Source of the DNA: Methylorubrum extorquens
Lineage (GTDB): Bacteria > Pseudomonadota > Alphaproteobacteria > Rhizobiales > Beijerinckiaceae
Direction: 5' to 3'
Length of the DNA: 32,000 nucleotides
Assembly: GCA_900234795.1 (NCBI GenBank)
Contig: LT962688.1
Location: 2,550,001-2,582,000, forward strand
In this document: positions 17,782-26,791 of the stretch, piece after piece
Layout: every line of letters starts with the position of its first letter
Numbering within the stretch: the first letter of the stretch is position 1
Program-made: the position numbers and the translations under genes
The notes under the pieces: generated by a model
Databases searched by the model: none
The model's input: the letters and a program-made list of their open reading frames with translations, nothing else
Told to the model about the DNA's origin: nothing

Positions 17782-18939
17782 TCACGCCCGCGTCGCGCCG
17801 CTCACGAAGAAGTCACGCACCTTCGAGAAAAACCCGGCACTCTCCGGGTGGTTCTCGTCCGAGGCGCTCTGGTCGAACTCCTGCAACAGCTCGCGCTGGC
17901 GCTTGGTGAGATTCTGCGGCGTCTCCACCGAGACCTGGATGTAGAGGTCGCCGACCTCCCGCGAGCGCAGCACCGGCATGCCCTTGCTCTTGATGCGGAA
18001 CTGCTTGCCCGTCTGGGTGCCGGCCGGGATGCGCACTTGCGTCTGCGAGCCGTCGATCACCGGCACGGTGATTTCGCCCGAGAGAGCGGCCGTCACCATC
18101 GAGATCGGAACGCGGCAAAACAGGTCGGCTCCGTCGCGCTGGAAGAACGGGTGCGGCTTGATCGAGAGGAAGACGTAGAGGTCGCCCGCCGGCCCGCCGC
18201 GCATGCCGCTCTCACCCTCGCCCGCGAGTCGGATGCGCAGACCGTCATCGACGCCCGCCGGCACGTTGATCGACAGCGTGCGCTCGCGGTTGACCCGGCC
18301 CGCGCCGGAGCAGGCCGTGCAGGGATCGTCCACCATCTCGCCGCGGCCGTGGCAGTTCGGGCAGGTCCGCTCGATGGCGAAGAAGCCCTGCGCCGCCCGC
18401 ACCCGGCCGTAGCCGCCGCAGGTCGAGCAGGTGCGCGGCTTCGAGCCCGCCTTGGCGCCCGTCCCCGAGCAGGTCTCGCAGGCGATCGAGGTCGGGATGC
18501 GGATGGTTTCGGTCTTGCCAGCGAAGGCCTCTTCGAGGCTGATTTCGAGGTTGTAGCGCAGGTCCGAGCCGCGCTCACGGCCCGGTGCGCCGCCGCGCCC
18601 GCGTCCCGCCCCGCCGCCGGGAGCCGCGCGTCCATCCCCGAAGAAGTTCTCGAAGATGTCCGACATGAAGTCGCCGAACTCGTTGCCGAATCCGGGGCCG
18701 CCCGCGCCGCCCTGACTGAAGGCGGCGTGACCGAAGCGGTCATAGGCCGCGCGCTTCTGGCCGTCGGAGAGGCACTGATAGGCCTCGTTGACTTCCTTGA
18801 ACTTGATCTCGGCTTCCTTGTCGCCGGGATTGCGGTCTGGGTGATGCACCATGGCCAGCTTGCGGAAGGCGACCTTCAGCTCGCTCTCCGAGGCCGTCTT
18901 CGCGACGCCCAAGACCTCGTAATAGTCCCGCTTCGACAT
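17782..18939 (-). CDS. dnaJ: Molecular chaperone DnaJ
   Basis: J-domain [12 protein letters not shown]...HPDRNPGD, a G/F-rich region, and four CxxCxGxG zinc-finger repeats ([32 protein letters not shown]). Confidence 0.97.
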   Translation of the reverse strand: MSKRDYYEVLGVAKTASESELKVAFRKLAMVHHPDRNPGDKEAEIKFKEVNEAYQCLSDGQKRAAYDRFGHAAFSQGGAGGPGFGNEFGDFMSDIFENFFGDGRAAPGGGAGRGRGGAPGRERGSDLRYNLEISLEEAFAGKTETIRIPTSIACETCSGTGAKAGSKPRTCSTCGGYGRVRAAQGFFAIERTCPNCHGRGEMVDDPCTACSGAGRVNRERTLSINVPAGVDDGLRIRLAGEGESGMRGGPAGDLYVFLSIKPHPFFQRDGADLFCRVPISMVTAALSGEITVPVIDGSQTQVRIPAGTQTGKQFRIKSKGMPVLRSREVGDLYIQVSVETPQNLTKRQRELLQEFDQSASDENHPESAGFFSKVRDFFVSGATRA

Positions 18940-18940
18940 A

Positions 18941-19456
18941 TCAGTTCGCCCAGGGAAGTCGTTCAGGCATCGAGCGCTCAGTCTTCTTGATGCCTACTTG
19001 TTCTTCGCAATCTGAAAGATTGCTCGCATATTTTGAGCGCCCATCCTCGTACCATTTGAAGAGGGCGTCTTGCTCCGGAAGGAGGTTTATTGACTTCTCG
19101 TCATCGATTTTGACAGTCATAGCCTTCGGGTTGAGCGCGTAGACTGCCCCAGCGACGGCTTCATTTAGCCCCTTTTCCGCTTCCGCGCAGGAATGATGGG
19201 ATGCGGCAGGTTTGGATGTCGTCAAGCCGAGGAATCCGCTGACAAGAAGAAGCCTTAGATTGTCGCGCTGTTTTATCGCTTCAGAGAGATTGCGCTCGGC
19301 CAGTATCATGTTTTGGTGGAGACTGCGCATCTCACCCCGGACCCCCGACTCCTCTCGCAATTGAGGATCCAGCTTTGATTCGGCGTGCGTCGCTCCCGAT
19401 GCGCATATCAGAATCACGAACGCAGCACCAACGGTACGAGAAACGAAGAGGGGCAC
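18941..19456 (-). CDS. Hypothetical exported protein encoded by a low-GC insert between dnaK and dnaJ
   Basis: The reading frame stays open for 226 codons through DNA of roughly 50% GC. In-frame GTG 19456 gives [25 protein letters not shown]|ESK, which looks like a signal peptide; alternative ATG 19330. The stop TGA 18943-18941 lies 1 nt before the dnaJ ATG. No family recognised. Confidence 0.55.
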   Translation of the reverse strand: MPLFVSRTVGAAFVILICASGATHAESKLDPQLREESGVRGEMRSLHQNMILAERNLSEAIKQRDNLRLLLVSGFLGLTTSKPAASHHSCAEAEKGLNEAVAGAVYALNPKAMTVKIDDEKSINLLPEQDALFKWYEDGRSKYASNLSDCEEQVGIKKTERSMPERLPWAN

Positions 19457-19480
19457 GGCTGGAGCAAGCCCAGCCGTGCC
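19436..19480 (-). terminator. Hairpin plus T-rich tract just downstream of dnaK (intra-operon attenuator/terminator)
   Basis: The minus strand reads GGCACGGCTGG (19480-19470), loop GCTTGCT, CCAGCCGTGCC (19462-19452), then CCTCTTCGTTTCTCG. The 11-bp stem is perfect. Confidence 0.55.
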
Positions 19481-19514
19481 GATGTTCCTCGTTCGCAGAC
19501 GAATCACGATCGCC

Positions 19515-21434
<1,920 letters not shown>

Positions 21435-21590
21435 GGTGGGATCCCTCTGTTGGATTTTTCAAGCAGACCGCCGAGCCCCGAAGCAGCTCGACCCATGGCG
21501 GTTGAAAACGTCTGGTTTGAGAACGGGATGGTCCGAAGCGCATCGCCCTGGCGGGCTGTGCTTCCCAGGCCTCGTCCCGTGTCCCGCCGC

Positions 21591-21619
21591 ATATAAGAAG
21601 ACGGCTACGCCGCCGCAAG
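21591..21619 (-). promoter_or_regulatory. Candidate RpoH (sigma-32) heat-shock promoter of dnaK
   Basis: The minus strand reads CTTG (21619-21616), an 18-nt spacer, then CTTATAT (21597-21591). This matches the alphaproteobacterial RpoH-type pattern CTTG-N17/18-CYTATNT and implies a leader of about 150 nt. Confidence 0.5.
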
Positions 21620-21827
21620 AACGGCCGCAAGAACGGCGCTCAACGGTTGAGCGGCGGGCGTCATCCTTCGCCGCGCCGGGGCCGCTTTCCGAGGTGCGAC
21701 TCCGAGAGGAAGACTTGTTTGTTGCCAGGCTGCCACGTCCGCGCCACGGGTGACGTGCTAGGACACCGGCATATGGCTCATGCATACCGCCCGTGAAGTG
21801 GCGGCAAACCGGGAGGCCGACCGCCTG

Positions 21828-22856
21828 ATGTTCCTGCCCGTGTCCGAAAGGGTTTTCGCGAAGAAGCCTCGCCCGTTGCGCGTCGCGACGGGGGCGTTGC
21901 TCGTGCTTGCCGGCCTGGCCGTGGTGCCGGCCACCCCGGCGCGGGCGCAGAACTTCTTCGAGGAGCTGTTCGGCATCGGGCGGGCGGCCCGTCCCCCGCA
22001 GCCGCCGCGCAACGTGCCCGTCCAGCCGCCGCCGCAACCCATGGAGCCCGGCGCTCCGGCGCCGGGTGAAGGCGCCGAGACGCGGCCGAGCGTGCCGGCC
22101 CAGCCCCGCCAGCCCGTGGTGCTGCGGGTGCCGGCCGAGGACAACGTCGTGGGTCAGGACCTGCTGCTGAACGGGCTGAACGGATCGCTGAAGATCGAGC
22201 GGAGCGGCTCGGCCTATACCGCCCAGATGACGCTGCCGGGCACCAAGATCTCGCAGCCGACCGAGAACTGCACGGTCAAGCTCGACGGCGGCAAGCCGAT
22301 GCCGCTGAGCGCCGAAGGCCGCGCACAGGGCGTCTCCCGCTTCTCGACGGCGAGCGCCGAATGCCCGCTGCGCTTCGAGATCCTCGACGGCAGCGTGCTC
22401 GCCACGCCGCTCGGCTCGGGGGCGGCCTGCACCTTCACGGCGGCGGATTGCGAGACGACGCCGTCAGGCCTGTGGGGACCGAACGCCGCCGCGCTGCTCT
22501 CGCAGGCGGGCGAGTTCGACACCGCCCGCGGCGTCGCCGACAAGGCGGTGCGGGACAATTACAAGATCATGACCCAGCGGGCGCGGGGCGGCGACGTCCG
22601 CCCGATCGTGCAGGAGCAGGCGGCGTTCTCTTCCGACCGCGAGCAAGCCTGCCGGACCTATGCCCGCGAGGGCGCGCACGGCTATTGCCACCTGCGCTTC
22701 ACCGAAGCGCGGGCGATCGCGCTCGCAACCCGGCTCGGCGCCAACACCGCGACGCCGACGGCGGCGAACGCTCCGGCACGACCCCGTCGCAGCCGTGCAC
22801 CGGTGGAGGGGATGAACCCTGACGCCCAGGGCGCGGAACCGTTCGCCGACCAATAG
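21828..22856 (+). CDS. Secreted proline-rich / six-cysteine protein of unknown function
   Basis: Start set at ATG 21828 (MFLPVSERVFAKKPRPLRVATGALLVLAGLAVVPATPARA|QN). A Pro-rich linker is followed by a domain with six Cys. The C-terminal segment QEQAAFSSDREQACRTYAREGAHGYCHLRFTEARAIAL is weakly reminiscent of the LprI/DUF1311 fold. Confidence 0.6.
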   Translation: MFLPVSERVFAKKPRPLRVATGALLVLAGLAVVPATPARAQNFFEELFGIGRAARPPQPPRNVPVQPPPQPMEPGAPAPGEGAETRPSVPAQPRQPVVLRVPAEDNVVGQDLLLNGLNGSLKIERSGSAYTAQMTLPGTKISQPTENCTVKLDGGKPMPLSAEGRAQGVSRFSTASAECPLRFEILDGSVLATPLGSGAACTFTAADCETTPSGLWGPNAAALLSQAGEFDTARGVADKAVRDNYKIMTQRARGGDVRPIVQEQAAFSSDREQACRTYAREGAHGYCHLRFTEARAIALATRLGANTATPTAANAPARPRRSRAPVEGMNPDAQGAEPFADQ

Positions 22857-22958
22857 GCCGCGTGGCGCTTCTCACAACGCCGTAGGCATCGTCGCACGGG
22901 CGGAACTCTGCGTTTGGCGCGGATGTTGGCCGGAGGTTCACGCGAAGCGAGCCCGGCC

Positions 22959-25379
22959 ATGCCCGACGAGAAGATCGAAGCCTATACCGACCCGGCCGGC
23001 GGATTGGGGTCGGCCCGCTCGCTCATCGACATCCTGACCCGCGAGGAGATCCCGGCTTCCGGCGCGGCGATGCTGATGAAGCAGAACAAGCCGGGCGGCT
23101 TCATGTGCGTGTCCTGCGCATGGTCGAAGCCAGCCAAGCCGTCCACGTTCGAATATTGCGAGAACGGCGCCAAGGCGACCGCTTGGGAGCAGACCCGCAA
23201 GCGGATCGGTCCCGACTTCTTCGAGCGCCACTCGGTCACCGAATTGCTGACCTGGCCGGACTATGACCTCGAGGAGAAGGGCCGGCTGACGCACCCCCTG
23301 CGCTATGATCCGCAGCGAGACCGCTACGTGTCCGTCTCATGGGAAGAGGCCTTCGCGGAGATCGGCCACGAGCTGAAGGCTCTGCGCGAAACGGACCCGA
23401 CCTCGGCGGTGTTCTACTCGTCGGGCCGGGCTTCGCTGGAGACGAGCTACATGTACGCGCTGTTCGCGCGCATGTACGGCAACAACAACCTGCCCGACTC
23501 CTCCAACATGTGCCACGAATCGACCTCGAAGGCGCTGCCGCAATCGATCGGCGTCCCTGTCGGCACGACGGTGCTGGAGGATTTCGAGAGTACCGACCTG
23601 ATCCTGTTCTTCGGACAGAATGTCGGTTCGAATTCGCCGCGGATGCTCCACCCGCTGCAGGACGCCCGCCGCCGGGGCGTGCCCATCATCACCTTCAACC
23701 CGCTGCGGGAGCGCGGGCTGGAGCGTTTCACCAACCCGCAATCGCCCGTCGAGATGCTGACCCATTCCTCGACGCAGATCTCGACCCAGTACCATCAGGT
23801 GAAGGCCGGCGGCGACATCGCGGCGCTCGGCGGCATCTGCAAGGCGCTCTTCGCCATGGACCGAGAGGCGCAGGCGGAAGGGCGCCCGCGCATTTTCGAT
23901 ATCGATTTCATCGCCGAGCACACCCACGGCTTCGATAAGTTCGAAAAGTTCTGCGACCGGCTCGAATGGCCTGCGCTGGAGACCAAGTCCGGCCTGAGGC
24001 GCGAAGGGATGGAGGCCGCCGCTGCCGTCTACGCCCGCGCGCGGGCGGTGATCGGCATCTACGGGATGGGCCTGACCCAGCACCGCCGCGGCACCGAGAC
24101 GGTGCAGATGTTCGTCAACCTGCTGCTCCTGCGCGGCAATATCGGGCGGCCCGGCGCCGGCATCTGCCCCGTGCGCGGCCACTCGAACGTGCAGGGCCAG
24201 CGCACCGTCGGCATCGCCGACGAGCCATCGCTGGTGCCGCTCGATAAACTCAAGGAGATGTACGACTTCGAGCCGCCCCGCGAGAAGGGGATGAACACGG
24301 TCGAGACCTGCGAAGGCGTTCTCTCCGGCAAGGTGAAGGCTTTCGTCGGGCTCGGGGGCAATTTCATCCGCGCGGTGCCCGACACGAAGCGGATGGAGGA
24401 AGCGTGGCGCTCGCTGCGTCTCACCGTGCAGGTCTCGACCAAGCTCAACCGCTCGCACCTCGTGCACGGTGAGGTCGCCTACATCCTGCCCTGCCTCGGC
24501 CGGATTGAGGTGGACGAGCAGGCGAGCGGGCCGCAGGCCGTGTCGATGGAGGACTCGACCTCCTGCTTCCATGGCTCGCGCGGCGTCGCCCGGCCGGTGA
24601 GCGACCATGTGCGCTCCGAGCCCTGGATCGTGGCGCAACTGGCCAAGGCGACGCTGCCGGCCAACCCCAAGGTCGATTGGAACGCCTGGGTCGGCGATTA
24701 CGCGCGGGTGCGCGACGCCATCGAGGCGACCTATCCGGAGAAGTTCAAGAACTTCAACGCGCGCCTGTTCGAGCCCGGCGGGCAGCACAAGCCGATCGCC
24801 GCGCGCGAGCGCAAATGGGAGACGTCCACCGGCAAGGCGAACTTCGTCGTGCCGCCGGACGGGCTCGACATGGACCCGGACATGAAGAGCGACCGGCGCG
24901 ACGTGCTCGACCTCATCACGCTGCGCTCGAACGATCAGTTCAACACCACGATCTACGGCTATCACGACCGCTTCCGCGGGGTGAAAGGCACCCGCCAAGT
25001 GCTGTTCATGAACGAGAACGACATCGAGCGGCTGCAACTCACCGATGGTGAGACCGTCGATGTCGTGACCGAGGCCGCCGACGAGTTCGCCCGCGAGGTG
25101 AAGGGCCTGAGGATCGTCAAGTACGACATCCCCGCCGGCAATTGCGCCGGCTACTACCCGGAGCTGAACGTGCTGATCCCGCTCTGGCACCATGATGCCC
25201 AGGCCAAGGTGCCGGCGGCCAAGGCGATTCCCGTGCGGATCGCCAAGGCGGCGACATTGGCCGTGAGGGGACTGAGCAGGGGCTCGTCCGGCTCCGCCGG
25301 CTCGGCGTCCGACGGCGATCAAGATTGTACAGCGTGCAAATCATCACTTGCACGCTGTGCAAACCAGGCTCATCCCTAA
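22959..25379 (+). CDS. FdhF/YdeP-family molybdopterin oxidoreductase
   Basis: MPDEKIEAYTDPAGGLGSARS... aligns by eye with the E. coli YdeP N-terminus (MKKKIESYQGAAGGWGAV). Also present: the Cys cluster GGFMCVSCAWSKP...FEYCENGAKA and the length of molybdopterin-binding enzymes. The last 45 or so codons (Ser/Gly-rich, Cys-containing) read through a strong hairpin and may not be conserved. Confidence 0.85.
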   Translation: MPDEKIEAYTDPAGGLGSARSLIDILTREEIPASGAAMLMKQNKPGGFMCVSCAWSKPAKPSTFEYCENGAKATAWEQTRKRIGPDFFERHSVTELLTWPDYDLEEKGRLTHPLRYDPQRDRYVSVSWEEAFAEIGHELKALRETDPTSAVFYSSGRASLETSYMYALFARMYGNNNLPDSSNMCHESTSKALPQSIGVPVGTTVLEDFESTDLILFFGQNVGSNSPRMLHPLQDARRRGVPIITFNPLRERGLERFTNPQSPVEMLTHSSTQISTQYHQVKAGGDIAALGGICKALFAMDREAQAEGRPRIFDIDFIAEHTHGFDKFEKFCDRLEWPALETKSGLRREGMEAAAAVYARARAVIGIYGMGLTQHRRGTETVQMFVNLLLLRGNIGRPGAGICPVRGHSNVQGQRTVGIADEPSLVPLDKLKEMYDFEPPREKGMNTVETCEGVLSGKVKAFVGLGGNFIRAVPDTKRMEEAWRSLRLTVQVSTKLNRSHLVHGEVAYILPCLGRIEVDEQASGPQAVSMEDSTSCFHGSRGVARPVSDHVRSEPWIVAQLAKATLPANPKVDWNAWVGDYARVRDAIEATYPEKFKNFNARLFEPGGQHKPIAARERKWETSTGKANFVVPPDGLDMDPDMKSDRRDVLDLITLRSNDQFNTTIYGYHDRFRGVKGTRQVLFMNENDIERLQLTDGETVDVVTEAADEFAREVKGLRIVKYDIPAGNCAGYYPELNVLIPLWHHDAQAKVPAAKAIPVRIAKAATLAVRGLSRGSSGSAGSASDGDQDCTACKSSLARCANQAHP
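25326..25361. promoter_or_regulatory. Large dyad symmetry / hairpin (14-bp arms, 8-nt centre)
   Basis: TGTACAGCGTGCAA (25326-25339), atcatcac, TTGCACGCTGTGCA (25348-25361). The 11 inner bp are perfect and the outer 3 pair with one G-T. It lies inside the last codons of the YdeP-like ORF, 56 nt upstream of pspA. Confidence 0.5.
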
Positions 25380-25404
25380 GGGCGTGACGACGCGGTCACG
25401 CCCT
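25379..25404 (+). terminator. GC-rich hairpin between the ydeP-like gene and pspA
   Basis: AGGGCGTGAC (25379-25388), gacgcg, GTCACGCCCT (25395-25404). The 10-bp stem is perfect and starts in the stop codon of the upstream gene. There is no U-tract, and the pspA SD (GGAG 25406-25409) follows immediately. Confidence 0.4.
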
Positions 25405-25416
25405 CGGAGTGATGCC

Positions 25417-26110
25417 ATGTTGACGCTGTTGCGAACCCTCGCCCGCGGTGCTGCCGCCCAAGCCTGCGAGGAGGCCCACGACCGCCACGCCCTCCTCGTG
25501 CTCGATCAGCAGATCCGCGAGGCCGCCGCCGATCTGGAGCGCGGCCGGCGCATGCTGGCCGCAGCCATGGCCGGGGACAGCGCGGAGGCGCGGCGTCTCA
25601 CGCAGGTCGAGGCTCGCGCCGCCGACTTGGAGACCCGCGCCGTGGCCGCGCTTGCGGCGGGCCGCGAGGATCTGGCCCGTGAGGCGGCCGAGGCGATCAC
25701 GAGCCTTGAGGCCGAGTGCGACGCCCTACGCGCCGCACGGGCGACCTTCGCGGACGAGGTGGTCCGGATGCGCACGGTGCTCGCCGACGCGACCCGGCGA
25801 CAGGCGGCCCTGGAGCGCGGGCGGCGGGTCGCGGCGGCGTCCGAAGCGGTCCGGCGTCTGCGCCGGACGGAGGGTGTGCGGGATCGCGCGACGTTGCGGG
25901 AAGCCGAGGCGACGCTGGCCCGGCTTCAGCGCACCCAGGCCGAGGCGACGGACACCGACGACGCGCTGGCCGCGATCGAGATGCCCGAGGAGACCCTTGC
26001 CGAGCGCCTCGAACGGGAGGGTTTCGGGCCCCGGACGCGCCCCCTCCTCCGACGAGGTGCTCGCCCGCCTGCGAAGCCGCGCCGAGGCCGCTCGCGCCGC
26101 TTCCGTCTGA
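25417..26110 (+). CDS. pspA: PspA/IM30 family protein, apparently frameshifted at a C5 run (the as-written frame continues to 26262)
   Basis: GGAG lies 7 nt before ATG 25417. Long coiled-coil Ala/Arg/Glu-rich sequence typical of PspA/IM30. After ...EREGFGPRTRP (C-run 26040-26044) the written frame becomes Arg/Pro/Ser junk that overlaps the next gene by 121 nt. The +1 frame reads SSDEVLARLRSRAEAARAASV-stop at 26110, just before the next RBS. Confidence 0.75.
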
Positions 26111-26141
26111 TCCACCCTCCCGCGTTCCAAGGAATTCAGCC

Positions 26142-26414
26142 ATGTCCCAAGAGACTGCGCAGCATACCGGCGCCTGGGTCGTGTTCACCCAAGCCTCCTT
26201 CGTCGCCTCCGCCGCGCTCGTCGGCTTCGGCATCCTGTTCATGCCCCTCGATTTCTGGATGAAGGGCTATCTCGCCATGGGCACGGTGATGCTGATCCAG
26301 TCCTGCATCACCGCCACCAAGACGCTCCGCGACGTCCATGAGGGCCGCCGCATGGTCAACCGCCTGGAGGATGCCCGCACCGAGCGCCTGCTGATGTCGG
26401 TCGGCAAGGAGTGA
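26142..26414 (+). CDS. YiaA/YiaB-type two-helix inner membrane protein
   Basis: AAGGAA lies 7 nt before ATG 26142. 90 aa with two TM helices. KGYLAMGTVMLIQSCITATKTLRD resembles the YiaAB-domain motif (E. coli YiaA [24 protein letters not shown]). Confidence 0.7.
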   Translation: MSQETAQHTGAWVVFTQASFVASAALVGFGILFMPLDFWMKGYLAMGTVMLIQSCITATKTLRDVHEGRRMVNRLEDARTERLLMSVGKE

Positions 26415-26497
26415 CGCGAGGAGCCATGCAAGGAGTCATGTAAGACGGCGGCCTCGGGAGACTCGACGCGCGCCCGCGACGGTCCATATTCCGTGGC

Positions 26498-26791
26498 ATG
26501 GACAGTTCGGACGGAGCTCACGCGCGACGGCAGGCGATCATCGATCGCTTGCTCAGCGACGCCCTGCGCCCGGCCGGCGGGATCGTGCTGCCGAGCCACG
26601 ATGCCCTGCCGGCCGACATCCGCATGACGGTCGATCGCCTGCTCGCCAAGGCGGATGCCGAGCGCCGCCGCTCGCTGACCTACGACGATCTCGAAGAGGC
26701 GTTGCCGCCCCGCGACGTCACCGCCGACGATCTGGAAGCGATCTTCTGGGTGCTGGCGGAATACGGGATCGAACTCGACGAGGGCGACTAG
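26498..26791 (+). CDS. Stand-alone sigma-70 region 1.1-like protein
   Basis: The 97-aa acidic protein has RSLTYDDLEEALPPRDVTADDLEAIFWVLAEYGIELDE, which parallels RpoD region 1.1 (E. coli GYLTYAEVNDHLPEDIVDSDQIEDIIQMINDMGIQV). Confidence 0.65.
   Translation: MDSSDGAHARRQAIIDRLLSDALRPAGGIVLPSHDALPADIRMTVDRLLAKADAERRRSLTYDDLEEALPPRDVTADDLEAIFWVLAEYGIELDEGD

Noticed and set aside
25326-25416. Sigma-54 (-24/-12) promoter for pspA, as in enterobacteria.
   Set aside because: TTGCA occurs at 25348-25352, but no GG-containing -24 element (TGGCAC) lies at the required spacing upstream.
26426-26443. Five-codon mini-ORF ATG CAA GGA GTC ATG TAA after GAGGAG, lying between the yiaAB-like gene and the region 1.1-like gene.
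   Set aside because: The SD-to-ATG spacing is only 2 nt and the ORF is trivially short. There is no evidence for a leader peptide function.
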